Shown here: piece after piece, positions 1-7,978 of the stretch | How positions within the stretch are numbered: position 1 is the stretch's first letter | Layout: every line of letters begins with the position of its first letter | From: a virus | Taxonomy: Duplodnaviria; Caudoviricetes | Length of the DNA stretch: 24,016 nt | Strand: one strand, 5' to 3' | IMG/VR virus record: IMGVR_UViG_3300025838_000134 | Coordinates: 1 to 24,016 of that record | Translations under genes and position numbers: made by a program | The notes under the pieces: model-generated | Database searches by the model: none | Told to the model about the DNA's origin: nothing | Seen by the model: the letters and a program-made list of their open reading frames with translations, nothing else

Positions 1-1
1 A

Positions 2-523
2 ATCCTCTGGCTTGATACCTCAGTAACTGGCGTAGTCGGTCTCTCATCAGCGTACTTCACTGCTAAGGGTGACACGATTGTAGGAACTGGTTCAGGAACC
101 TTTGCTACTCTTCCAGTTGGTTCTAACAACACTATCCTTACAGCTGACTCAACACAAACAGATGGTGTTAAGTGGACATCAACGCTTACAGCGCCAACAA
201 TTGCCTACTCAATTAACGCTCAAACAGGCGCTTACACAACTGCGTTAACAGATGCCGCAGCAATCATTACTGCAAACTCTGGTTCAGCCTTCACAATCTC
301 GATCCCAACTAACGCATCAGTGGCCTATCCAGTAGGATCTTCAATCACGATTATACAAACTGGCGCAGGACAGGTTACAATTGCTGCTGTGACATCAGGT
401 ACAACAACGCTTAACTCAACGGGTGCTACCTCAGCTACTCCTAAGTTGAGGGCGCAGAACTCATCAGCTACCTGTATCAAGGTCGCTACAGATGTCTGGC
501 AAGTAGTAGGAGATATCGTCTAA
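2..523 (+). CDS. 5'-truncated virion fibre/appendage protein
   Basis: Frame is open from base 2 (ILWLDTSVTG...TAKGDTIVGTG...TADSTQTDGVKW...INAQTGAYT...KLRAQNSSATCIKVATDVWQVVGDIV*); the track ORF 320..523 is only its end. C-terminal ~105 aa paralogous to the C-terminus of 6794..7420. Confidence 0.8.
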   Translation: MLWLDTSVTGVVGLSSAYFTAKGDTIVGTGSGTFATLPVGSNNTILTADSTQTDGVKWTSTLTAPTIAYSINAQTGAYTTALTDAAAIITANSGSAFTISIPTNASVAYPVGSSITIIQTGAGQVTIAAVTSGTTTLNSTGATSATPKLRAQNSSATCIKVATDVWQVVGDIV

Positions 524-1644
524 TGCCAATTATCTTTGGAACAACGGCTTCGGGTGGAGATAACTTCTTCACCCCACAGCCGCCTACCATTGGCACATCT
601 ACTGACGTAGGCACCTCTCGTGCCTACAACAATGGCGCGGCTACTGTTACATTTACCCCTTCAACCTCTGGTGGTACAGCTACTAGCTTTACCGCTACAT
701 CTACGCCTGGGTCATTTACAGGCTCAGCAGCTTCTAGCCCAGTCACAGTGGCGGGTCTACAGAGCGCTACCTCTTATACATTTGCAGTTACCGCTACAGA
801 TGCGCAGGGCACATCTTCTGCCTCCTCCGCTTCTAACTCAATCACAGCAACGACTGTTCCACAAGCACCGACAATAGGTACAGTAACTGATGGCGGTACT
901 GGGACTACAGTATCTATTCCTTTCACCGCCGGCGCTACTGGCGGTAAGACAATTTCTTCTTATTCTATTATCTCTTCACCAGCAACAACTACTCAAACAA
1001 CATCTTCTAGCCCCTATACTTTTACCGGGTTAACTGCAGGCACCGCTTACACTTTCCAGGTAACCGCTACTAATGCAAATGGAACTAGCTCTTATTCAGC
1101 TGCTTCTAACGCAGTAACCCCAGTAGTACCTACTTCTTTCTACAACATTGCTACTCAAACACTTGGTAGCACTACATCAAGCGTTACATTCTCGTCTCTT
1201 CCATCAGGTTACACTTCATTCCAGATTAGGTCTATGGCGCAATTTAGCGGAACTGGAAACGCGAATACTGCAATTACTTTTAATGGTGACTCTTCTGCAA
1301 GTTACGGTTATCACCGATTAGTAGGTGGTGGGGGTACCACCTACGCAAACGGAACGGCTTCAGATACAGCAATTTATTATGTAGTTATAGCAGGTGGAAA
1401 TGGTAACTACAATTCAAGCACTTTTAACGTGAGTGTTGTAGATATTATTGACCCACTTTCTACTACTAAAAATAAAGTACTTAGGGCTATTTCGGGTGGA
1501 GATAGCAATAATACAACATACGACCAAATAAATCTGTCTTCGGGAGTGTGGCTTAATACTTCTGCGATAACTTCTATCACCTTAAACTCAAATGGCTTCT
1601 CTTATCTTGCTGGTTCAACCTTTGCCCTTTACGGAGTGAAATAA
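523..1644 (+). CDS. Fibre/adhesin with two fibronectin type III-like repeats and a C-terminal beta-rich putative receptor-binding domain
   Basis: Two Ser/Thr-rich Fn3-like units (P.PPTIGT...VTFT...VTVAGLQSATSYTFAVTAT; GLTAGTAYTFQVTATNANGTS). C-terminal domain (IATQTLGSTTSSVTFSSLP...STFALYGVK) paralogous to the next two genes. TAATG coupling. Confidence 0.8.
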   Translation: MPIIFGTTASGGDNFFTPQPPTIGTSTDVGTSRAYNNGAATVTFTPSTSGGTATSFTATSTPGSFTGSAASSPVTVAGLQSATSYTFAVTATDAQGTSSASSASNSITATTVPQAPTIGTVTDGGTGTTVSIPFTAGATGGKTISSYSIISSPATTTQTTSSSPYTFTGLTAGTAYTFQVTATNANGTSSYSAASNAVTPVVPTSFYNIATQTLGSTTSSVTFSSLPSGYTSFQIRSMAQFSGTGNANTAITFNGDSSASYGYHRLVGGGGTTYANGTASDTAIYYVVIAGGNGNYNSSTFNVSVVDIIDPLSTTKNKVLRAISGGDSNNTTYDQINLSSGVWLNTSAITSITLNSNGFSYLAGSTFALYGVK

Positions 1645-1645
1645 T

Positions 1646-2164
1646 ATGGCTACTGCAACTTACGATTTAATCGCATCTCAAATACTTGCTTCCAATACTG
1701 TTTCAACTACTTTTTCTTCTATTACAAGTTCTTATACAGATTTACGTTTAGTTATTGCAAGTGCTGGTCTAGGTGGTAGTGATGGGGCATCTGTTAGAGT
1801 TAATGGAGATACTAGTAGCATTTATTCTGATACTTATATTGTCGGCATCCCTGGTGGAGTACATTACTCTACTGACCAAAATAATACATACTTTAACGTG
1901 ACGCCTTATGGTGGAATTACTACGGCAAGCACACCTTTTTATATTCAAGTAGATTTTTTTAATTATTCTGGAAGTACTTATAAAACAATAATTTCAGAGG
2001 CTGCAGCAGATATGAACGGTACAACTTATTCCAACACTGCAAGGCTTGTAGGATTATGGAGAAACACGTCTGCTATTAACTCCATTACTGTTACTACTGC
2101 TTCTGGTGGCAATTATCACAAAACAGGTTCGGTGTTTTCTCTCTACGGAATAAAGGCTGCATAA
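1646..2164 (+). CDS. Stand-alone paralog of the beta-rich adhesin domain
   Basis: YDLIASQILAS..STTFSSI..SYTDLRLV...GLWRNTSAINSITV...SVFSLYGIK shared with both neighbours. Confidence 0.75.
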   Translation: MATATYDLIASQILASNTVSTTFSSITSSYTDLRLVIASAGLGGSDGASVRVNGDTSSIYSDTYIVGIPGGVHYSTDQNNTYFNVTPYGGITTASTPFYIQVDFFNYSGSTYKTIISEAAADMNGTTYSNTARLVGLWRNTSAINSITVTTASGGNYHKTGSVFSLYGIKAA

Positions 2165-2664
2165 TGTCCACATACCAACTTATTTCATCTCAAGTTCTTG
2201 GCTCATCAGCCGCATCCGTTACTTTCTCGTCAATTCCGAGTACCTATAAGGATTTGGTGTTGCGATACAGCGCAAGAGGTGATGTAGCACAGTCAAGTCA
2301 ACAAATAAAATTAAACACGGATACTGGAACAAACTATTCGGATACCTTTATGTCTGGGTCGGGAAGTACGGTTGCTTCAGGAAACGATACAAACGCTACT
2401 TATGGTTATGCGTATTACACTCAAGCACTTTCTAGTGCTACGGCAAATATTTTTGGTAATGCCGAAATATACATTCCTAATTATGCGGGTTCAACAAACA
2501 AAGCATTTTCTGTATTTGGTGCTGGTGAAAATAATGGAATAACTGCGTATATTGCTTCAACTGCAAATCTTTGGAGAAATACTGCTGCAATATCCTCTTT
2601 GACTTTAACGCCCAATTCAGGCAATTTTGTTACAGGCTCATCTTTCTATCTATACGGAATCTAA
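2164..2664 (+). CDS. Second stand-alone paralog of the beta-rich adhesin domain
   Basis: YQLISSQVLGSSAASVTFSSIPSTYKDLVLR...LWRNTAAISSLTL...SSFYLYGI; TAATG coupling. Confidence 0.75.
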   Translation: MSTYQLISSQVLGSSAASVTFSSIPSTYKDLVLRYSARGDVAQSSQQIKLNTDTGTNYSDTFMSGSGSTVASGNDTNATYGYAYYTQALSSATANIFGNAEIYIPNYAGSTNKAFSVFGAGENNGITAYIASTANLWRNTAAISSLTLTPNSGNFVTGSSFYLYGI

Positions 2665-2673
2665 GGAGAAAAA

Positions 2674-2931
2674 ATGACAGATACAACCCAAATCGCCGTG
2701 GAGGTATGCTGCTGTGGAAACTGCGCTGCAGAAGGCCACGAGCAGACTACTACTCGCCCACTAACCGCTGAAGAGATTGCTGCCAATGAAGCAGCAGCAG
2801 CAAAGGCGGCCGAAGATAAGGCAGCAGCAGAGGCTGAGGCTGCAGCAGTCGCTGCCGCTAAAGAGTCGGCTAATGCGAAGTTAAAGGCGCTTGGTTTATC
2901 AGATGCTGAGATTGCCGCCCTATCTAAGTAA
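2674..2931 (+). CDS. Small Ala-rich helical protein, putative fibre assembly chaperone/partner
   Basis: AAGGAG RBS; RPLTAEEIAA...Ala/Glu/Lys helix...KLKALGLSDAEIAAL; follows the adhesin triplet; N-terminal CCCGNC cluster. Confidence 0.65.
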   Translation: MTDTTQIAVEVCCCGNCAAEGHEQTTTRPLTAEEIAANEAAAAKAAEDKAAAEAEAAAVAAAKESANAKLKALGLSDAEIAALSK

Positions 2932-2964
2932 AATCTGGGGCTATACACATACCCAAGTTTGTCA

Positions 2965-2996
2965 TGCTATGCTAGTGCTCTAATTAAGGAGCACTA
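2965..2996 (+). promoter_or_regulatory. Extended -10 element (TGcTATGCT) overlapping an 8-bp hairpin that occludes the RBS
   Basis: TAGTGCTC (2973-2980) / GAGCACTA (2989-2996) perfect inverted repeat; AAGGAG at 2986-2991; ATG at 2998. Confidence 0.55.
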
Positions 2997-2997
2997 C

Positions 2998-3186
2998 ATG
3001 GCAAAAGTAGTAGACATTAAACCTGCACATAAGGTATTTACTTATAACGTTAATATGCTTATTCAAGTGCTTGCTGAGTCTGAGACAGAGGCTAAAGAAA
3101 AATTAGATAAAGAAGGTGGTTTTGTCTCCAAGCGCGAAGTCAATTTAGTGGCTAGCGCGCCTTTACATAACGAGTTCCCCTCCTAG
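2998..3186 (+). CDS. Small hypothetical protein (62 aa)
   Basis: AAGGAG 6 nt before ATG 2998 favours this start over TTG 2959; MAKVVDIKPAHK...VLAESETEAKEKL. Confidence 0.7.
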   Translation: MAKVVDIKPAHKVFTYNVNMLIQVLAESETEAKEKLDKEGGFVSKREVNLVASAPLHNEFPS

Positions 3187-3212
3187 TTTCGGGCGCCAAA
3201 AGGTTATAAATA

Positions 3213-3221
3213 AGGGATAAT
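3213..3221 (+). promoter_or_regulatory. Repeated intergenic motif AGGGATAAT, candidate phage promoter (copy 1)
   Basis: The same 9-mer occurs in the intergenic gap at 6427-6435; both copies lie upstream of structural genes. Confidence 0.4.
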
Positions 3222-3255
3222 AAAAGCGTCCTTCCCCTAAGCCCAGTGAGGTTCA

Positions 3256-3714
3256 ATGTCTCAGATTAAGTACTACGACACTGGCTCCAGTCAATGGATT
3301 GCAGCAATCGTAGGTGCGCAGGGCGCTCAAGGTACACAGGGTGTTCAGGGACTTGGTTATGCTCAGTTACAGGGCGTACAGGGCATTCAGGGCGTTACTG
3401 GCTCACAAGGAACCACAGGCTTACAAGGAATAACTGGCTCTCAAGGTACGCAGGGCTTACAGGGTCTGCAAGGTATTCAGGGAACAACTGGTATTCAGGG
3501 CTCACTTGGTACGCAGGGAACAACTGGTGCGCAAGGCTCTCAAGGCACAACTGGTGTCCAAGGACTTACTGGTTTTCAGGGTGTGCAAGGGCTACAAGGT
3601 ATTCAGGGCTTTCAAGGAACTACAGGTATACAAGGCAACCTTGGTGTACAAGGTATTCAGGGATCTTACGCTTTTGACCCAACAGTTAGCTTCTTAATGC
3701 TGGGTGGGATGTAA
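3256..3714 (+). CDS. Collagen-like (Gly-X-Gln/Thr) fibre protein
   Basis: About 33 uninterrupted G-X-Y triplets plus a short upstream run; GAGG RBS; hydrophobic C-terminal peptide FDPTVSFLMLGGM. Confidence 0.85.
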   Translation: MSQIKYYDTGSSQWIAAIVGAQGAQGTQGVQGLGYAQLQGVQGIQGVTGSQGTTGLQGITGSQGTQGLQGLQGIQGTTGIQGSLGTQGTTGAQGSQGTTGVQGLTGFQGVQGLQGIQGFQGTTGIQGNLGVQGIQGSYAFDPTVSFLMLGGM

Positions 3715-4050
3715 CTAAGCGCGGTTGTAATCATCCTCTAAGCGCACGATGTCATCTTCGCCTAGATAGTCACCAAGCTGTACCTCAATAAATACTAGAT
3801 CCGACTCACCAAGATTCTGAATGCGGTGTGGGTCGCCCTTATCAATGTAAACAGCATCGCCAGTCTTAATGGCAGTCTCTTCACCTTCTAGAGTAATAAG
3901 GCCATGGCCTTCAACAATAGTCCAGTACTCAACGCGTTGCTCATGAGTCTGATACGAAAGTCGTTGAGCAGGCTTAACGACAATACGCTTTACTTTGTAT
4001 GAACCATCTTCTGCTAGTACCTCGTAGGTACCCCAAGGGCGCTTTTCCAT
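3715..4050 (-). CDS. Cupin protein, mannose-6-phosphate isomerase type II C-terminal-like
   Basis: RPWGTYEVL...VKRIVVKP.QRLSYQTH..R.EYWTIVEG...HRIQNLG...FIEVQLGDYLGEDDIVRLEDDY closely matches the ManC/PMI C-terminal cupin signature. Confidence 0.88.
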   Translation of the reverse strand: MEKRPWGTYEVLAEDGSYKVKRIVVKPAQRLSYQTHEQRVEYWTIVEGHGLITLEGEETAIKTGDAVYIDKGDPHRIQNLGESDLVFIEVQLGDYLGEDDIVRLEDDYNRA

Positions 4051-4119
4051 AGCGCAAGAATAGCAGAGTCGTGCGTAGTTACGCCAGGTATGTACAGGTC
4101 AGTGTTGTACACTTCAGGT
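4051..4119. promoter_or_regulatory. Divergent leaderless promoter pair
   Basis: Minus strand: TGC-TATTCT-6 nt-ATG(4050). Plus strand: TACACT(4108-4113)-6 nt-ATG(4120). No SD before the cupin; only a weak AGGT directly abutting ATG 4120. Confidence 0.6.
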
Positions 4120-5127
4120 ATGAATTTGGTGCAACGTTCGGTACAAAATGGAGGTAAATTAGCCCCGCTTATCATTGAAAAGGGTTTGACCGAGGGCACG
4201 GGTCTAATGAACCCCTCCATCTTTATAGATGACGATGGCGACATCCTCTGCATCTTGCGCCACGTAAACTACACGCTATACCACTCTGAGCATATGCAGA
4301 AGTTCCCCTCTAAGTGGGGTCCTCTCTCTTACCTGCACCCAGAAAAAGACCAGCGCTTAGTCACAGTTAACTACCTTTGCCGCCTGGATAAAGACCTTAA
4401 CATTACCGACTACTGCCGAATAGATACCTCTGATCTAGACGTGCCCGCAGTCTGGGAGTTTGTTGGCCAAGAGGATGCGCGCCTAGTCCAATGGGACGGA
4501 GACTATTACGCTATCGGTGTTCGCCGCGATACTAAAGAAAATGGCGAAGGTCGCATGGAGTACTCTAAACTAAAGATTGATAAGAAGAACTGGAGCGCTA
4601 AAGAAGTTAAGCGCGTTCGCATACCAGCACCAGGTAAAGATGATTCGTACTGTGAGAAGAACTGGTATCCCGTCTTAGATAAGCCTTATCACTTTGTTAA
4701 GTGGACTAGCCCGGCAGAGATTGTAAAGGCTGACCCAAAGAAGCCTAAGACTGAGGTCGCTATCCAGAAGACTAAGCGCGTGCCGCTATCTGATCAGCGT
4801 GGCGGCTCTCACCTAGTTACCTATGGCGATGTCTATCTATCAGTTACCCATGAGGTAGGGCTATTTAAGAACTATATTAACCAGAAGGACGGCTTCTATC
4901 GCCACCGCCTAATTGTCTGGGATAAAAAGTTTAATATCATTGGGGTATCTCCTCAAGAGTTTTCTTTCCTAGATGCGCGCATTGAGTTTGCCGCTGGAGC
5001 CGCCGTATTAGGTAAAGATCTACTTATCTCATTTGGATTTCAAGATAACTGCGCCTTTGTTCTGCGCGTTCCAGAGACTGTTGTAGAAGAGATGATTGAG
5101 GAGGCTAAGAACAGTGGACTCTATTAA
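4120..5127 (+). CDS. Five-bladed beta-propeller glycoside hydrolase/phosphorylase-like protein (GH130/GH43-like superfamily)
   Basis: NPSI, EDARLV, EKNW.P, RGGS, Y.HR motifs typical of this fold; start 4120 preferred over 4090 because of the -10 box spacing. Confidence 0.65.
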   Translation: MNLVQRSVQNGGKLAPLIIEKGLTEGTGLMNPSIFIDDDGDILCILRHVNYTLYHSEHMQKFPSKWGPLSYLHPEKDQRLVTVNYLCRLDKDLNITDYCRIDTSDLDVPAVWEFVGQEDARLVQWDGDYYAIGVRRDTKENGEGRMEYSKLKIDKKNWSAKEVKRVRIPAPGKDDSYCEKNWYPVLDKPYHFVKWTSPAEIVKADPKKPKTEVAIQKTKRVPLSDQRGGSHLVTYGDVYLSVTHEVGLFKNYINQKDGFYRHRLIVWDKKFNIIGVSPQEFSFLDARIEFAAGAAVLGKDLLISFGFQDNCAFVLRVPETVVEEMIEEAKNSGLY

Positions 5128-5671
5128 ATTTTTAATTGAGAGGGCTTCCTATCAACCATTTAATCCAGAGACAAACTTTTGGATTGGTGAAGAGTACCTA
5201 AAGATAGATCAAACAGCATCGGCTGTATCTTTCTATCTACGCGCTGCTGAGTACGGGCACGAGACCCACCCCAACATTGTTTACACATCTTTGTTAAGAA
5301 TCGCCCTCTGTTTTGATAAACAGCAAGGACGCGGGCATAGCAGCGCTACTTCTATTCTTCAAGCCATCTCTTATCTACCTAACAGACCAGAGGCTTACTT
5401 TTATCTCTCACGATATAACGAGCGCATCGGTAACTGGCAAGAGGCCTATACTTTTGCAGAGATTGGGCTTACTCATGCTGGCCGACAAGAACCACTGCCT
5501 GTAGATGTTGAATACCCAGGAGAGTATGCCTTGCTCTTTGAGAAAGCCGTAAGCGGTTGGTGGCTTGGGCGCAAAGATGAAAGCAAAGATATCTTTACTG
5601 ATCTACTAGAAAACCATCCTATCTCTGATGCTTATAAAAAAGGCATCGAGGGTAATCTCAAGCATGTATAA
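5114..5671 (+). CDS. Tetratricopeptide-repeat (TPR)-like protein
   Basis: A..FYLRAAE, AISYLPNRPEAYFYLSRYNE helical repeats; GAGGAGG RBS (5098-5104) favours GTG 5114 start. Confidence 0.7.
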   Translation: MDSIKFLIERASYQPFNPETNFWIGEEYLKIDQTASAVSFYLRAAEYGHETHPNIVYTSLLRIALCFDKQQGRGHSSATSILQAISYLPNRPEAYFYLSRYNERIGNWQEAYTFAEIGLTHAGRQEPLPVDVEYPGEYALLFEKAVSGWWLGRKDESKDIFTDLLENHPISDAYKKGIEGNLKHV

Positions 5672-5680
5672 GGAGAAAGC

Positions 5681-6400
5681 ATGATCCCGCACGCAGTTCA
5701 CCATAAGCCAGTAGAGATAAGCAGCAGGGTCTTCTTTGACATCGGCGCTAATAAAGGAGAGGCTACTTGGGCGGCTCTTTTCCTCAAGGGCTTTACTAAT
5801 GTAATCGCGCTAGAGCCAGCGCCTAAAGTATTTTATCAACTAGTCTTTAATTATAAAGATGACCCTAGAGTAATTCCATATCGTTTAGCGGCATCCAGCA
5901 CTACTGGTGATGTAGTTGACTTTTATGAGTGCGTTGAGGATGGGTTATCTACTCTTAATGAAGAGTGGCTCACCGGAGATTCTTACAGATATAAGGGAAA
6001 GAAGTACGAGACTATCAAGGCAACCACAGTAAAGCTTGACGACCTTATCTATGAGTACGGCACCCCTGAGTTAATTAAAATCGATGTTGAGGGCGGAGAA
6101 GATCTAGTCTTTGCTGGCTATACGGGCAAAGCCCCTAAGATATGTTTTGAGTGGACATTAGAGGATGTACCAAAACACATTAAGCAGTTAGAGCGCCTAA
6201 GCATGGTCAACGGCTACACAGAGTTTGCGCTTCAATATATTGAGCATCACCTTGATGAGCCTACAGAATATCGTCCAATTACTACGGCTAGAGACCTACC
6301 TAAGTGGATCGAAGAAACCGCGCCTGCATGGGAAAATGGGGGCTGGAAGGCGGCTGGACTGCGATCATCAGCAGATGTAGGAATGATTTGGGTACGCTAG
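5681..6400 (+). CDS. FkbM-family SAM-dependent methyltransferase
   Basis: FFDIGANKG (motif I), VIALEP, TVKLDDL, LIKIDVEGGE; AAGGAG RBS. Confidence 0.88.
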   Translation: MIPHAVHHKPVEISSRVFFDIGANKGEATWAALFLKGFTNVIALEPAPKVFYQLVFNYKDDPRVIPYRLAASSTTGDVVDFYECVEDGLSTLNEEWLTGDSYRYKGKKYETIKATTVKLDDLIYEYGTPELIKIDVEGGEDLVFAGYTGKAPKICFEWTLEDVPKHIKQLERLSMVNGYTEFALQYIEHHLDEPTEYRPITTARDLPKWIEETAPAWENGGWKAAGLRSSADVGMIWVR

Positions 6401-6426
6401 TTTAGCCATACAAACGGGGTGCTAAT

Positions 6427-6435
6427 AGGGATAAT
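6427..6435 (+). promoter_or_regulatory. Repeated intergenic motif AGGGATAAT, candidate phage promoter (copy 2)
   Basis: Matches 3213-3221; lies where structural genes resume after the accessory island. Confidence 0.4.
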
Positions 6436-6461
6436 TTCTTTATAACCTTTAAAGGAGTCCC

Positions 6462-6794
6462 ATGGCAACCGCTTATAAAGTCTTGGCTCAAGCCAACCCA
6501 TCTGCTACAACAGAGACAACCCTTTACTCGCCAAGCGGATCAGCCGCTGCCGTAGTCTCTACCCTAACTATCTGTAACCAGGCTAACTCTCCAGCCACTT
6601 ACCGCATCGCTGTATGGCCAAATGGAACATCCTCTTCAGTCGCTAAGAGCTGGATTGTTTACGGAGCAACAGTAAACGCCAACGATACAACTGCGCTAAC
6701 TCTTGGACTTACCCTAGAAAACGGAGCTACCCTCCGCGTCTACGCCTCTTCAGCTAACTTGTCCTTCAATGCGTTTGGGTCAGAAATCTCGTAA
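6462..6794 (+). CDS. Small beta-sandwich virion protein (putative adaptor)
   Basis: AAGGAG RBS; TTLYSP...VVSTLTICN...FGSEIS; paralogous to 7661..7978. Confidence 0.7.
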   Translation: MATAYKVLAQANPSATTETTLYSPSGSAAAVVSTLTICNQANSPATYRIAVWPNGTSSSVAKSWIVYGATVNANDTTALTLGLTLENGATLRVYASSANLSFNAFGSEIS

Positions 6795-7420
6795 TGTCAA
6801 TTTCTACAGCTAATACCTCTGCAGCGAATCAATATAGATATCGCTATGTAGCCACGGGCGGAGAGACCTCTGTCTCTGGCGTGGACGCTAATGGTGCAAC
6901 TATCTCTTACCTTGTAGGTAAAGAGCAGGTTTACTATAACGGCGCCCTTTTAGTGCGTGGTCAAGACTACACAGCCACTGATGGCGCAACTATTGGCTCT
7001 CTAGCCGCCCTTAAAGCGGGAGATACCCTAGAGCTAATTACCTTCTCCGCCTTTAACTTGGCGACTATCTCTGGCGCAACGATCACCGCATCAACTATTA
7101 CCTATGCCATTAACGCCCAAACATCTTCATATACAGCCGTCCTAAATGACGGAGGCGCGGTTGTAACTATGACAAGCGCCAGCGCTAATACTTTTTCAAT
7201 TCCCACCAATAGTTCAGTGGGATTTCCTGTGGGTTCTTCCATTACTATTATCCAAGCGGGAACTGGACAGACAACCATTCAGGCGGTCACATCCGGAACC
7301 ACAACTGTAGCTTCAACTGCAGCTACTGCAAGCGCGCCTAAACTACGCGCCCAGTACTCAACAGCTACAGTATTAAAGATAGCAACAGACACCTGGTATG
7401 TCTTTGGAGACATCCTCTAG
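6794..7420 (+). CDS. Virion fibre/appendage protein
   Basis: N-terminal VYYNGALLVRGQDYTATDG beta-domain; C-terminal domain paralogous to that of ORF 2..523. Confidence 0.72.
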   Translation: MSISTANTSAANQYRYRYVATGGETSVSGVDANGATISYLVGKEQVYYNGALLVRGQDYTATDGATIGSLAALKAGDTLELITFSAFNLATISGATITASTITYAINAQTSSYTAVLNDGGAVVTMTSASANTFSIPTNSSVGFPVGSSITIIQAGTGQTTIQAVTSGTTTVASTAATASAPKLRAQYSTATVLKIATDTWYVFGDIL

Positions 7421-7433
7421 TGGAGGTAAGTAG

Positions 7434-7661
7434 ATGACATCAGCTCGTTCCGAGGCAGCCTTAATTGATGCCTTAACTACTAAAGGCGACCTCATTGCCG
7501 CGTCTGCTGCGCAGACCCCAGTAACTTTTGGAGTCGGTACTTCAAGCAATGGAACAAATGGAACGTATGCACAAGATCTTCTTGTGGATTCCTCAACAAG
7601 TACAGGTCTTCGTTGGGGCGATGACAATCTAATCCTTACTACGATGGGAGCCCTACTCTAA
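7434..7661 (+). CDS. Short fibre-segment protein
   Basis: GGAGG RBS; TTKGDLIAA...VDSSTSTGLRW resembles TAKGDTIVG...ADSTQTDGVKW in ORF 2..523; hydrophobic C-terminus LILTTMGALL. Confidence 0.65.
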   Translation: MTSARSEAALIDALTTKGDLIAASAAQTPVTFGVGTSSNGTNGTYAQDLLVDSSTSTGLRWGDDNLILTTMGALL

Positions 7662-7978
7662 TGGCCGTATCAGCGAAAACCCTCTTTAGAGGAGCAGCCA
7701 CAACCACTACAACTACTACGTTGTACACAGTGCCTACTACCTCTACCACCACAGTTGTTACTAACATTGCGGTAACTAATACCGCAGGTACTGCTGGAAC
7801 ATTTACCCTTACTATTGACGGTACCGACTTACATACCGCTACAGCAATTGCTGCAAGTACAACAGTGTATATTGACTGCAAGCAGGTAATTCCTGCTAAT
7901 GCAACACCAAAGACTATCAAAGGTGGCGCATCTGCTACCTCAATTAACCTCCATATCAGTGGGGTGGAAATCGCATAA
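7661..7978 (+). CDS. Small beta-sandwich virion protein (putative adaptor), paralog of 6462..6794
   Basis: TTLYTVP...VVTNIAVTN...ISGVEIA; TAATG coupling on both sides. Confidence 0.7.
   Translation: MAVSAKTLFRGAATTTTTTTLYTVPTTSTTTVVTNIAVTNTAGTAGTFTLTIDGTDLHTATAIAASTTVYIDCKQVIPANATPKTIKGGASATSINLHISGVEIA

Noticed and set aside
6426-6434. TAGGGATAA resembling half of an I-SceI site
   Set aside because: The remainder of the 18-bp site is absent; coincidental.
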